Virus record (IMG/VR): IMGVR_UViG_3300023184_000322
Coordinates: 1-34,830 of that record
Source: a virus
Lineage: Duplodnaviria > Caudoviricetes
Strand: one strand, 5' to 3'
DNA length: 34,830 nt
In this document: positions 1-9,890 of the stretch, piece by piece
How the letters are laid out: each line of letters starts with the position of its first letter
Numbering within the stretch: the stretch's first letter is position 1
Position numbers and translations under genes: made by a program
Notes under the pieces: generated by a model
What the model was told of the DNA's origin: nothing
Database searches by the model: none
What the model saw: only the letters and a program-made list of their open reading frames with translations

Positions 1-160
1 TCTATACGAGTACCTAACGTACTACCAGTCGTTGATAGATTCGTTGTAAGCGTATCTATACGAGTACCTAACGTACTACCAGTCGTTGATAGATTCGTTG
101 TAAGCGTATCTATACGAGTACCTAACGATACTCCAGTCGAAGTTAGATTACTTATTGTGC
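1..160 (-). repeat. 54-bp in-frame tandem repeat (18 aa DTLTTNLSTTGSTLGTRI)
   Basis: 1-54 and 55-108 are identical; a third, diverged copy starts at 109. Confidence 0.9.
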
Positions 161-1874
161 TAAATTTATTATCTGCAACTCCACTATAAACTTGAATGTC
201 TTGTACAGAAGCAATATCTGGTAAAGTTGAAAGGTCACTATTTCTGGTACTAATTCCAAATTTAAAATTTTTACTATGATCAAAACCAATAATTGGACCA
301 CTATCATTTATTCCTGTTAAACCACTTCCAGTAACAAAGAAAATTCCACCATCTACTGCGCCACCAGTAAGATTTAAAAGTAAATATGGACTTTGAACGC
401 TAAAATTATTTGTGCTTACAACTGTTTGAGTTCCAGTAACAAAAAGATTATTAATATAAACATTATCTCTAAAAGTTTTTACTCCACCAATGTTTTGATT
501 TCCATAAAGTAAAACTGAACTGCCACTAAGTGAATTTATCTTATTATCTAAGGTACTTCCTGTGGTTGTTAAATTATTTGATATTGTAATATCTTGAGTA
601 TTAATATATCCACTTAGGTTATTTATTTTAGTATCTAAAATATTTCCTGTGTTATAAAGATTAGTAGATATACTATTATCTTGAGCATTAACATATCCAC
701 TTAAGTCATTAATTCTTGTATTTAATGTAGAACCTGTGTTGGCAAGATTTGAGATAGTAGCATAAGTGTTACTTAAATTATTGATATTTGTTTGTAAAGT
801 TGAACCAGTAAAAGCGAGATTAGTTATAGTAGCATATGTATTTACTACATCTCCAGTGTAACCAGTAAATGTAGATCTTACTACGACTGGATCTCCACTA
901 ATTTTTATTGATTCTTCTGTAATTATTATTGAATTTAAACCAATTTTAATTCCGCTAGCAAAAAATCCACTATTAGTTACTTTTAAATTTCCAGCTACTT
1001 CTAGTTTTTCAGATGGAGAAATTGTGCCAATGCCAACTTTACCATCATTTTTTATTCTTAATCTTTCTGTTCCATCAGAAAAATTTTCAGAAGTAAAAAA
1101 TTTTATATCTCCAGCTTGCCAGTTATATTGTTCAAAATCATTATTTTGTATTCCAAAAAATACTCCTTTATTAGCTCCGCTATGATTTAAAATTTCTAAC
1201 CATGTGTTATTATCATTTGATTGAACACTCAATGTATATAGATAATTTGAATCTACTATAGTATCACCAATTGCTAAACGACCACTTTTAATTTGATTTC
1301 CAGTTGTATAAAGAATTGTAGTTGGTAAAGAAGCAGCTTCACCACTTAAAAGAACACCAGTACCATTTACAGTAGGACGATTGATAAATTGTCCATTAGA
1401 TTTTGTAACATAATTTCCAGTAATAGTTCCGCTTAATGAATTTATATTAGAATTTAAAGTACTTCCAGTTGAATTTAAATTACTTATTGTGGCGTAAGTA
1501 GATGATGCAGAATTTGTTGTGAGATAATTGCCAGTTAAAGTTCCGCTTAATGAAGATATTTTATTTTCTAAATTTGAACCAGTTAATGCAAGATTAGATG
1601 TTGTAGCATAATTAGATAAATTAACTCCAGTTATGAATCCACTAGGATTAGTAATAGAATAATATCTAAGGTCAAATTGTCCTGTATTTACAACACCAGT
1701 TGGTCCTTGTGGACCTATTGCTCCGCTTGGTCCAATTACCCCACTTGGTCCTTGAATTCCAGCTGGACCTTGAGGGCCGGGGATCGAAACATTTGTTGCT
1801 AATGCTTGCGTTGGAGATGTTACATCAACGCTTATTGGGTCTGGCAAAACAACATTAACGTTTATGTCTGCCAT
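1..1874 (-). CDS. Tail fibre-like virion protein, partial (3' end outside window)
   Basis: ATG at 1874 (MADINVNVVLPDP...). Frames sampled by hand give a collagen-like GXY run (GPQGPAGIQGPSGVIGPSGAIGPQGPTG), ERLRIKNDGKVGIGTISPSEKLEV, GNQNIGGVKTF and T/S/N/L-rich repeats. Missing from the ORF track, presumably because no stop lies in the window; not every codon checked. Confidence 0.8.
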   Translation of the reverse strand, partial: MADINVNVVLPDPISVDVTSPTQALATNVSIPGPQGPAGIQGPSGVIGPSGAIGPQGPTGVVNTGQFDLRYYSITNPSGFITGVNLSNYATTSNLALTGSNLENKISSLSGTLTGNYLTTNSASSTYATISNLNSTGSTLNSNINSLSGTITGNYVTKSNGQFINRPTVNGTGVLLSGEAASLPTTILYTTGNQIKSGRLAIGDTIVDSNYLYTLSVQSNDNNTWLEILNHSGANKGVFFGIQNNDFEQYNWQAGDIKFFTSENFSDGTERLRIKNDGKVGIGTISPSEKLEVAGNLKVTNSGFFASGIKIGLNSIIITEESIKISGDPVVVRSTFTGYTGDVVNTYATITNLAFTGSTLQTNINNLSNTYATISNLANTGSTLNTRINDLSGYVNAQDNSISTNLYNTGNILDTKINNLSGYINTQDITISNNLTTTGSTLDNKINSLSGSSVLLYGNQNIGGVKTFRDNVYINNLFVTGTQTVVSTNNFSVQSPYLLLNLTGGAVDGGIFFVTGSGLTGINDSGPIIGFDHSKNFKFGISTRNSDLSTLPDIASVQDIQVYSGVADNKFSTISNLTSTGVSLGTRIDTLTTNLSTTGSTLGTRIDTLTTNLSTTGSTLGTRI

Positions 1875-1878
1875 AAAA

Positions 1879-2223
1879 TTATCTCGTTACTTCTGGTAAA
1901 ATAGAAATTTTTCCTCGCATTAATTTGATGCTATTGCCCGTAGGAATTCCAGATGGAAATCTTTCTATATCATATACCCAATCTCCTACTGGAATATCTT
2001 GCGATATATAAGAGTCTACGCTAATTGAAGAGGCATTGCCGCTATAATTTGTAATAAGTGGATTTAAATTTAATAAAATTCCAGTTGCACCATAACTTGA
2101 TCTAACTTGACCTCTTACATCATATCCACTAAAACTAATTGCTGTTCCAGAAGAACTTGTAACATTTAAACTTAATTGAAGATAATCGCCTTGATAACCA
2201 GTGAAATTATAAAATGTAGCCAT
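1879..2223 (-). CDS. Tail-fibre collar/baseplate adaptor (T5 p132/BppU-N-like)
   Basis: QGD...SGYDVRGQVR...GDWVYDIE...RGKISILPEVTR pattern; directly upstream of the fibre gene. Confidence 0.6.
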   Translation of the reverse strand: MATFYNFTGYQGDYLQLSLNVTSSSGTAISFSGYDVRGQVRSSYGATGILLNLNPLITNYSGNASSISVDSYISQDIPVGDWVYDIERFPSGIPTGNSIKLMRGKISILPEVTR

Positions 2224-2271
2224 ATAAAATATTACACGGCTACACTTTTATAGCGAATTAATTTTTAAATT

Positions 2272-2616
2272 TTATCTTCCTTCTGAAAGAATATCTTTTG
2301 ATTTCTTAGAAAGTTTTCCTACATTATCAATATTTGGTCTTGCTGTGTACAAAGAGATATGTTTTTTAAATTCTGTTTTTAATCTTTTTACAAGAGTTTC
2401 TCTGTTGTCAATTGGAACAAGGCCAATTTTAATTGCGTGAGCTTGCAAATCACTTTTATTTAAATCCGCAAGATATTGGCTATATTTTTCTGGATCTAAT
2501 GTTCCATACTTTCTTTTACCATCATCTCCCCAAATTTGATCCAATGTAATTGGTCTATTTTCTACTTTACCATGAGTTTGGCTAAGTTCATCTAATTTTA
2601 ATTTTTTACGTGGCAT
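2272..2616 (-). CDS. Hypothetical basic protein with Rho-N/HeH-like motif
   Basis: ORF track; LNKSDLQAHAIKIGL...NRETLVKRL; upstream AGGAG and TAGACA-17-TATAAT promoter (2641-2669). Confidence 0.55.
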   Translation of the reverse strand: MPRKKLKLDELSQTHGKVENRPITLDQIWGDDGKRKYGTLDPEKYSQYLADLNKSDLQAHAIKIGLVPIDNRETLVKRLKTEFKKHISLYTARPNIDNVGKLSKKSKDILSEGR

Positions 2617-2668
2617 AATATATTAATCTCCTGTTATATTATTATAATGATTAAATCTAGTAATGTCT

Positions 2669-2710
2669 AAAAAAAAGAAAAACCCGAGGGGATTATCCCT
2701 CGGGCTTTTC
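2669..2710 (-). terminator. Rho-independent terminator after the capsid gene
   Basis: Stem CCCGAGGG/CCCTCGGG followed on the minus strand by TTTTTCTTTTTTTT. Confidence 0.85.
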
Positions 2711-2730
2711 AATTTTTATCCTAATTATTA

Positions 2731-3786
2731 TTAGGCGTTGCTTACTGTTAGACCGTACATTGCACGAGAATCGATGCAAACACGACCTTCTTCTAGGAAG
2801 CCATAGAAACCAATTTTCTCAGAACGAGAAACAAATTGATCATCAGGAAGAGCGGTGAATGTTCCACCGGATTCTGCTTGACGAGCAACTGGACGAACAA
2901 ATGCGTCCTTGGTGAGATCCAAACCGATAACGAGTTCATCGGTTGTTGAATCCCATGTTCCACCACTATAAAAGTCATTAAATAGTGTTTGGTATTTTTG
3001 GCCTTCACCTAGTTCAATCAATTCATGAATTGAGATTCCATAAATTTCTTGAGCACCAGCGTTACTATAGATTCCTTCGCGGACGCTATCTGGCAAGTTG
3101 GTGTTAGAAGTAGTGATTGGCTGATAAGCAAATGCACGAATATCTTCTTTAACTTCTGGACTAACGAATAGATCGGTTAATCCGTAAGCATCAGTTGTAG
3201 AACCACCAGCATAGGAGGTATTAACTCTTTTTACTGAAGTTACTAATGCATTAAGCATTGAGAGTTGGAAGGTAGAATCTGCTCCACCAGCTTTCTCAAG
3301 AACTCTGCCTGAAGAGCCTAGAGCTTTTAGAACTACTGCCCAAGCATTACGTTCTTGTTTGATAAGAACTTCATTGGCCATACGTTCTACTGCTTTGCTT
3401 ACTACGTCGAGACGACCACGACGAGCATAGCGTTTTAGGAAGCTTACAGCGCTATCTAAACGATAGGTGGAAACTTTCATTTCACTGAAGCCTTCTACTG
3501 TTGCGGTAGGAAGACCACCTGCTACAGTTTGACTCCATGTGGAAACATATCCTTCTCCTTCACCAGCAAATAAATCTAGTGGGATTGAGGGACTATCATC
3601 TTCGTCAAATGGAAGATCAGTATAAACAGCAGAAGCTGTACCTGCTTGCATTAGGACTTTGTTTACAACTGGTCCTAGGAAAGCTGCAAAAGCTTCGCCA
3701 GCTTCTCTAGCTACATTGCCATCTCTACTGGCCATAGCTTTGATAAGCTCAACTTGTTCTGGGGTATTTTTTAATCTTAATTTCAT
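2731..3786 (-). CDS. Major capsid protein
   Basis: 351 aa; follows protease and decoration genes; strong SD (AAGGAG); followed by a terminator; HK97-fold-like C-terminus (GFYGFLEEGRVCID). Confidence 0.8.
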   Translation of the reverse strand: MKLRLKNTPEQVELIKAMASRDGNVAREAGEAFAAFLGPVVNKVLMQAGTASAVYTDLPFDEDDSPSIPLDLFAGEGEGYVSTWSQTVAGGLPTATVEGFSEMKVSTYRLDSAVSFLKRYARRGRLDVVSKAVERMANEVLIKQERNAWAVVLKALGSSGRVLEKAGGADSTFQLSMLNALVTSVKRVNTSYAGGSTTDAYGLTDLFVSPEVKEDIRAFAYQPITTSNTNLPDSVREGIYSNAGAQEIYGISIHELIELGEGQKYQTLFNDFYSGGTWDSTTDELVIGLDLTKDAFVRPVARQAESGGTFTALPDDQFVSRSEKIGFYGFLEEGRVCIDSRAMYGLTVSNA

Positions 3787-3809
3787 TTTAAATTTTCTCC
3801 TTTATAAGA

Positions 3810-4379
3810 TTACAGCTCGATCTTGAGAAGAGCAACGTTGTTAACGGCTGTTCCGAGCCATGTTCCAACTTTAACTGCTCCACCTGCTGGTAAAGTAGCT
3901 GAAGAATTTAGATCGCCAGCTGTTGCACCGACCCAAGCAACATGTCCTGCTGTAGCGTTTGTGCCGCTATAAAGAACAAGTCCTTTTGTGAGTACTGGTA
4001 CTGCTTGTCCACTGATTACTACATTCATTTCAGCAGCTTTACGTGGATTGAAAACTAGTTTTTCGCCGTTTTCATCAAGTTCGCGAACATCTAGGAGGGT
4101 TAAACCTAAAACAGAGCTACCAGAAGTAGCTAAACTTATTTTTGGTGTTACTCCGTATCTTTCGGAAACTGTATTGTCATAGGAAGCGCCTACGCTGCCT
4201 AGCATTGTGTTTGGGGTAGAGTTCAAAGCTGTTCCGGGATTAAATCCGGGAGCTTGAACTTTTACTACTGCACCTTTGGTGAGAACTACTGAAGTAGTTT
4301 CAGCATTTCCACTAAAAGCGAATAGATTTACAACGTCATTCTCGTTGTATTGTCTTAATGGTCTTAAATTATGTGCCAT
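3810..4379 (-). CDS. Capsid decoration/cement protein
   Basis: 189 aa Gly/Ala/Val-rich, between protease and capsid gene; SD AAGGAG. Confidence 0.6.
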   Translation of the reverse strand: MAHNLRPLRQYNENDVVNLFAFSGNAETTSVVLTKGAVVKVQAPGFNPGTALNSTPNTMLGSVGASYDNTVSERYGVTPKISLATSGSSVLGLTLLDVRELDENGEKLVFNPRKAAEMNVVISGQAVPVLTKGLVLYSGTNATAGHVAWVGATAGDLNSSATLPAGGAVKVGTWLGTAVNNVALLKIEL

Positions 4380-4388
4380 ATTTTCTCC

Positions 4389-5972
4389 TTATTTTTTTGT
4401 TAATTCAAATCCATCAAAACCGAAAGCTGAAGCGTATTTTTCTTTTACGCTAGGCTGTGCGGCTGGTGCTGAATTTGGAATTTCGATTGAAGCTTTTGCG
4501 CCGTTATCAACAGCTTGTTCAACAACTTCCTGAGTTGTTGCTTGGACTGGTGTTTCAGATGCTTTGGTTTCTGCTGATTTCTCGGCTTTTTCTTTTTGCA
4601 TCTTGTCGGACATAGCTTTTTTGTAAGACTTTTTCTTTTCTTTCATAAGAACAGCAAGGGTTTCCTTGTGATCTTCGAAAGATTTTTCGTCGAGATCTTT
4701 TATTGCTTTGGCAATAACTTTACGATCTTCGTCTTCAAGATCGTATTCCTCGTCGAAAGAAGCCATTCTCATATTGAAAGTTTCTTCTTTAGCTTTTGCT
4801 TCTTTTTCAGCTTCTAGAGAAGCAAGTTTTTGTGATAGTTCTTCAACTTGTTTTTTAACTGCTTCGTGCTCTGCAGTTACTGTAGAAATTTTTTCATTAG
4901 CAGCTTTTAATTCATTTTCTTTTTCTGCTTTTTCAGAAACGAATTGATCGCTAGCTTTTTTAAGCTCTTCTGAAATAAATTCAGCAACAGAACTAGCTGT
5001 TACTTCTTTCAAAAGGGCGTCTGTAATATCTTCAATTTTGGTTATTTTCATATATATCCTCTCTTTTTTTACATTTAATTCTTCTTCATGGGAAGTATTA
5101 TTTTCAGAAGCCTCAGAGGATTCAATGATCTTGTCCTCTGTTTTTTCTGTATTTTCTGACGTTACTGAGCCAGTATCTTCACTATCTTCTGAACTTTTAT
5201 TATCTTTAAGTTGAAGTACTGCTGGCTTCTCTTCTGGAGTAACCACTCCTTGTACATCTGCAGCTGGATTTAGAGTAAAACCTACTCCTAATGGTACAAC
5301 TTTTCCTAATACTTGTCTATATATTGATTTATCATTATCAATTTTACCATTACCACCAAATCCTCTTAAATTATTTTTTAATTTATCAATTTGTTGCGCA
5401 TCAGATACAACCATTCCATTTTCAATATTTTTCTCACCATTATCTAATACAATAATATTAAAATCATTAAATCCAAGTTCCCAACTAGCAGAAATACTCA
5501 TATAATTTTCACTTGTTGGATCATTGCTTTCTTCAATTTGATCTGCAAGATCACGATCTACCACTTTCCAAATAACTCCTCCAAGAGTAATATTAAATGG
5601 AGTTTTCATTGATTTAACATCTATTTCTGCTAAACTTTCATTAGATCCAAATTTACTAAAACTAGCAGATACTATGCAACCAATAACTTGTTTACGATTA
5701 TGTTCTATATTTATTGGCTTATTAACAAAATTTTTAGCAATTTTTGCTGCTGTTTCGCCATCAATTACGTCGCCATTTTTATTTACTCTATTAACAACAC
5801 AAGCATCAAAAGCTACAGGAAGAAGATCAACATTATCATCTGTATTTATCTCTGGTAAAAATTTTTTTAATTTATCAAGAGAAGCAACTGAAAGATATTT
5901 ATCTTTTTCTTCACTTACTACTGGGCGAATTTTAATATTTGCAAATGTTGTTTCAAATTTTTGTTTTTTCAT
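4389..5972 (-). CDS. Prohead protease fused to coiled-coil scaffold
   Basis: N-terminal NKNGD...KPINIEH...VIG...SASWELGF protease-like motifs; C-terminal E/K-rich coiled coil. Confidence 0.75.
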   Translation of the reverse strand: MKKQKFETTFANIKIRPVVSEEKDKYLSVASLDKLKKFLPEINTDDNVDLLPVAFDACVVNRVNKNGDVIDGETAAKIAKNFVNKPINIEHNRKQVIGCIVSASFSKFGSNESLAEIDVKSMKTPFNITLGGVIWKVVDRDLADQIEESNDPTSENYMSISASWELGFNDFNIIVLDNGEKNIENGMVVSDAQQIDKLKNNLRGFGGNGKIDNDKSIYRQVLGKVVPLGVGFTLNPAADVQGVVTPEEKPAVLQLKDNKSSEDSEDTGSVTSENTEKTEDKIIESSEASENNTSHEEELNVKKERIYMKITKIEDITDALLKEVTASSVAEFISEELKKASDQFVSEKAEKENELKAANEKISTVTAEHEAVKKQVEELSQKLASLEAEKEAKAKEETFNMRMASFDEEYDLEDEDRKVIAKAIKDLDEKSFEDHKETLAVLMKEKKKSYKKAMSDKMQKEKAEKSAETKASETPVQATTQEVVEQAVDNGAKASIEIPNSAPAAQPSVKEKYASAFGFDGFELTKK

Positions 5973-5975
5973 AAT

Positions 5976-6560
5976 TTAAATATTATCTAAACCATATATT
6001 ACACTATCTTCTTCATCATCGAGATATAATTCATCAGCATTTAAAAAATCAAAATCTTCTAATTGATAATTTTTAATATCTTCTTCTGCTTGAGCAAAAT
6101 CTTCATCGTCTGGTTCAAAATTAATTTCTACTTCATAGTTAGAAACTGAAGCTCTTGCAATATCGCTGTCAGCTTTTTTATAAGAATCTTTTACTTTACC
6201 ACCGCGCACCATTTTTAAAAACATATTTACGCGTGCCATAGCCCAGCCACCACGAGTCATTCCGGGTCTATGAGAAGAAGAAAATGCGCCTGCTCCACGA
6301 CGATATACTTTTTTTAATTGACCTAAAGTTACTTTCTTTTTATTTTTAGAATTATGTTCTTTAACTTTATTTTTAAGTGCCTCAATTACCTTTTTAGAAA
6401 ATTCAATTGCTTTATCACTTTTTGTTCCTGCACTTCCGGGTTTATTACGAGATGATCCTTTGCGTCTTTCAGAAGGTTTTGATGGTGTTTGAGCAGCGGA
6501 TTTTGGTCCTTTTCTTTCGGCATTTGACTCAAAACCATATTGTTCAGAATTATAATTCAT
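5976..6560 (-). CDS. Head-region protein (DUF5824-like by recollection)
   Basis: LKKVYRRGAGAFSSSHRPGMTRGGWAMARVNMF core; basic N-terminus, acidic C-terminus. Confidence 0.5.
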   Translation of the reverse strand: MNYNSEQYGFESNAERKGPKSAAQTPSKPSERRKGSSRNKPGSAGTKSDKAIEFSKKVIEALKNKVKEHNSKNKKKVTLGQLKKVYRRGAGAFSSSHRPGMTRGGWAMARVNMFLKMVRGGKVKDSYKKADSDIARASVSNYEVEINFEPDDEDFAQAEEDIKNYQLEDFDFLNADELYLDDEEDSVIYGLDNI

Positions 6561-6608
6561 TCTATATATTATACACTTACAGAAGAGGATATTTTAAATT
6601 AATTTTAA

Positions 6609-6755
6609 TTATTTCTTATATAATTCTTTAGTAATATCATCAACAGAGCCCATGGTTGGTGTTTCTGGATATTTTGTTGGTAATTCTCTACTATCTAAAT
6701 TTGGTTCTGAACAACCTATTAGTAATAATGGCAATATTAATATTAACTTTCTCAC
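6609..6755 (-). CDS. Small Pro-rich lipoprotein (o-spanin-like), 48 aa, not in ORF track
   Basis: GTG start; MRKLILILPLLLIGC (lipobox) SEPNLDSRELPTKYPETPTMGSVDDITKELYKK*; directly downstream of the endolysin. Confidence 0.65.
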   Translation of the reverse strand: MRKLILILPLLLIGCSEPNLDSRELPTKYPETPTMGSVDDITKELYKK

Positions 6756-6763
6756 GAATACTA

Positions 6764-7390
6764 TTACACTTTTAATGATTCTTCTATTATCTTAGCTTCT
6801 GCATCTCGTCTGCGACTCATTCCTTTTTCTATACTTCCACCAATCCATATTCTTTTCATGTTTCTTATTTGGTTGGCTATAAATGTGAGAGCTTTTTGAT
6901 CATAATTAGATACTAATTTCATACCATCTCTTATCAATTTCATTTCGCGGCGACGATCTCCTTCTAATGCATTTCCTCTATTAAATACAAGACTAACTAA
7001 TCCACCTTTTGCATCTTCTGGAAGATTATCAAAATTAGGAAAAGTTTGGCGCGTTAAATTATAGAATTTACTTACTGTTTTATTATTAAATACTTTAAGT
7101 GCAAGATTCCAAGGAATAACTATATCCCTTAATCCTCTTATAAGATTCTTGGCATTGTATCCTTTGATTCCAACTACTTTATATAATCTATCAAAAGTTT
7201 CTTTAGGAAGATCTTTCCAATCTTCGCTAAATTCTGTTTTATTTACATAACCTAAATCATAACCAACACCAATTGTAACTCCGCTTTGACCTTCTGGCCA
7301 AGTTGGATTTTTTAAAAATTTATTATAGTAGCTTTCTCCACCGCCAACTTCGAATTCAAGAATAAGATCTAAAGATTTTTTTGAGAGCAT
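6764..7390 (-). CDS. Endolysin, pesticin C-terminal/T4-lysozyme-like muramidase
   Basis: FE...SGVTIGVGYDLG, LVSLVFNRG and GMSRRRDAE motifs. Confidence 0.85.
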   Translation of the reverse strand: MLSKKSLDLILEFEVGGGESYYNKFLKNPTWPEGQSGVTIGVGYDLGYVNKTEFSEDWKDLPKETFDRLYKVVGIKGYNAKNLIRGLRDIVIPWNLALKVFNNKTVSKFYNLTRQTFPNFDNLPEDAKGGLVSLVFNRGNALEGDRRREMKLIRDGMKLVSNYDQKALTFIANQIRNMKRIWIGGSIEKGMSRRRDAEAKIIEESLKV

Positions 7391-7400
7391 AATTAATAAA

Positions 7401-8522
7401 TTAAATACCGTAAATTAAATATTTGTTATTTAAATAAGTCTCTATTTGTTCAATTTCAAATGTAGAGAGCGCTTTATTATAAAATAAAATTTCATAAACA
7501 TACATTTCAGTAGATGCTTCTGCGTTATATCCAGTTCCCTCGCTAAATGGAGAGGCTCCTATAAAAACTGAAGCATCATTAGCTTGGTCTATTCCAACGT
7601 CATTCTCGCCTGTGGCTACTTCCTCTCCATTATATCTAAGTAATCCAAATGTATTAGAAGAATATTGAGAAACAATAAGTCTTTTTACGTTTACGTTATC
7701 TCCAGTTCCTGTATCGTATTCAATAGACGTATCGAAGTTGTTTTTAGATTCAAGGCTATAAATGATTCCGCCGTTCATCAATATTTGATATTTTCTTCGT
7801 TTATTGAAATTATAAGATTTGCTAAATACAGCTGAATTATTTGCCCCAGCTCGAATTACTGTAAATAATGTATAAGGTGTTGTGAAATTTAAACTGGAAC
7901 TTGGAAGAGCTAATATAGACGCATTACGATCGCTATAAGTGCTGTTGGCTGTAAATAATACTGCTCCATTAGAAAATTTTGGAAATCCAGTACTTGCTAT
8001 GCTTTTTGTAAAATTTTTAGAATGACCGCTCTGATCTTTCCATTCTATTACATTCTGACCATCAAGAATAACTCCAGCATCAGATTTAAGCCATAATTGC
8101 AAAATAGTTGATTGAGCGGTTAATTTTCCAAGATTATATCTTTGTATAATTGCTCCAGAATTTACTGATCTTGACGTATTGTCTACAGAATCAACATAAA
8201 CTATGAAAATTGTGCTATCTGGATTAATAACAACATTTGTTGCATCTGCGCCAGCTACCGTTTTCCAACCCGCACCAATACCTGTTTTACGATAATATAT
8301 TACATTATTTATATATAATAAATCTGCTGTTGAAGTCGATGTTCCTCCTACAAAATCTCCAATATTAAAAACTGTACTTATTGTATTTACTGTTCCACTT
8401 TTAAATATATAAAAGTTATTCCGTGGGTTAGTATTATAATTAAATAAACTAGTTAGATTTTCTTTTTTAATAGAAATTTTATTAGTGTTAAGTAAGCTAG
8501 AATTACCTTGTAATTTACCCAT
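7401..8522 (-). CDS. LamG/ConA-like domain virion protein
   Basis: LQLWLKSDAG...WKDQSG...EILFYNKALS..EIEQIETYLNNKY signature. Confidence 0.7.
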   Translation of the reverse strand: MGKLQGNSSLLNTNKISIKKENLTSLFNYNTNPRNNFYIFKSGTVNTISTVFNIGDFVGGTSTSTADLLYINNVIYYRKTGIGAGWKTVAGADATNVVINPDSTIFIVYVDSVDNTSRSVNSGAIIQRYNLGKLTAQSTILQLWLKSDAGVILDGQNVIEWKDQSGHSKNFTKSIASTGFPKFSNGAVLFTANSTYSDRNASILALPSSSLNFTTPYTLFTVIRAGANNSAVFSKSYNFNKRRKYQILMNGGIIYSLESKNNFDTSIEYDTGTGDNVNVKRLIVSQYSSNTFGLLRYNGEEVATGENDVGIDQANDASVFIGASPFSEGTGYNAEASTEMYVYEILFYNKALSTFEIEQIETYLNNKYLIYGI

Positions 8523-8527
8523 TTTAT

Positions 8528-8944
8528 TTAATTATTTATTTTATCTATGGTCTTGTCTAGTATATTATCTTGAGGTACTTTTTCTTTTAACCAACTATTC
8601 AAAACTCCAAAATAAACAAGATGTTCACTATCAATAATATATAATTCATTACCAAAATTATCTTTATAAGGTTTAATACCAGAATCAATTTTTAATTCTA
8701 TTGCTTTTTCTTTTTTGAATTTGATCTTATACATACTAATAAGATTATTATATCGTTCGCGCGCCTGCGATGTAATTAACGCATCATCTCCAATAAAAGA
8801 AATTAATCCACCATTATCTTTTTGATATTGCTTTGGAGTAGTTGCATCATATGAAGATTTATCATCTTCTATTTTGTTTGGGGTTACAGTAGCGCAACCA
8901 ATTAAAAGAAAATTAAGAGCTAATACGCTTGCGAATTTCTTCAA
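8528..8944 (-). CDS. Lipoprotein (spanin-like candidate)
   Basis: Signal peptide with lipobox LLIG-C; start overlaps the 3' end of the upstream TM ORF. Confidence 0.6.
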   Translation of the reverse strand: MKKFASVLALNFLLIGCATVTPNKIEDDKSSYDATTPKQYQKDNGGLISFIGDDALITSQARERYNNLISMYKIKFKKEKAIELKIDSGIKPYKDNFGNELYIIDSEHLVYFGVLNSWLKEKVPQDNILDKTIDKINN

Positions 8945-9113
8945 GATCTTTCTCCTGTACTGCTTTTTCTATTTCACTTTGATGATTAACTTCTTTTTGA
9001 GCTTCTTGGCGCTCTTTCATTTCTTTTGTATTCTTAGCGCCGAATACGTTATTGATTGCTGCGAATATTCCAGATACTGCTGAGAGTAGTGCTGTTAATA
9101 TTCCAGTTGGCAT
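8913..9113 (-). CDS. Small N-terminal TM/coiled-coil protein (i-spanin-like)
   Basis: Hydrophobic N-terminus then a charged helical tail; overlaps the lipoprotein gene. Confidence 0.5.
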   Translation of the reverse strand: MPTGILTALLSAVSGIFAAINNVFGAKNTKEMKERQEAQKEVNHQSEIEKAVQEKDLEEIRKRISS

Positions 9114-9115
9114 GA

Positions 9116-9565
9116 CTACTCTACGTAACTTGCTGTAGCATCTTTACATCCAGATGCAATAGCGTTAAGTACCTTTACTGCAAGAGCACCATTTCCATCT
9201 AGTCTACTAAATTGTTGAGCATACAGATCTTTAATTACGGTAACATAATTTGCCCAATGAGTTTTTTCTGCTGGAAGATAATCATTAAGAGCTTTTTGAA
9301 GTTGAGCTGGAGTTGGGGTAGTTCCAGCTGTTAATCCTTCTACAATAGCTGCAACATGATTAATCATCTTGGCTTTTTCAATTCGATCATCTCCAGAAGT
9401 GGCTTGATCAAGAACAACAGTACAAGCTAATACAACTGCAGGCTTAACATAAGGAAGAGTATTTTCAACGCTTGTTGCAACATCAACTTTTCCAGTATTA
9501 GTTGTGGCGCAAGCACCAAGAAATATGCTCAAAAGAGCAACTGCGGCTAATTGTAATTTATTCAT
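9116..9565 (-). CDS. Lipoprotein
   Basis: MNKLQLAAVALLSIFLGA-C lipobox. Confidence 0.65.
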   Translation of the reverse strand: MNKLQLAAVALLSIFLGACATTNTGKVDVATSVENTLPYVKPAVVLACTVVLDQATSGDDRIEKAKMINHVAAIVEGLTAGTTPTPAQLQKALNDYLPAEKTHWANYVTVIKDLYAQQFSRLDGNGALAVKVLNAIASGCKDATASYVE

Positions 9566-9843
9566 ATGTTTTCTCCAGTTCTTTTTTCTGCTTCAATTGT
9601 TTGACCTACTCTTCCACCAGTAACTGCTGCATCTTTTACTGTAAGTGCAAAAACTATACCAGAAACGACTGCAATTAATTTTGCTATTCCTGTGATATAA
9701 ACTTCTGCTACGTCTGGAAGAAATGCTACTAATGAAGGATCAGAGTGAATTGCTATTGCTGTACAAACTGCTATAACTGTTGCTATTCCAGATGAGCTAG
9801 ATCTCCAATTTGGGCCAAATATTTTAGATAGCATAGTTTTCAT
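9562..9843 (-). CDS. Holin
   Basis: 93 aa, two TM segments, NWRSS..G and KD motifs, charged C-terminus. Confidence 0.65.
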   Translation of the reverse strand: MKTMLSKIFGPNWRSSSSGIATVIAVCTAIAIHSDPSLVAFLPDVAEVYITGIAKLIAVVSGIVFALTVKDAAVTGGRVGQTIEAEKRTGENI

Positions 9844-9890
9844 AAAAGATTACACATTATTATAATAGTATATAATATTAAAATCTAATA

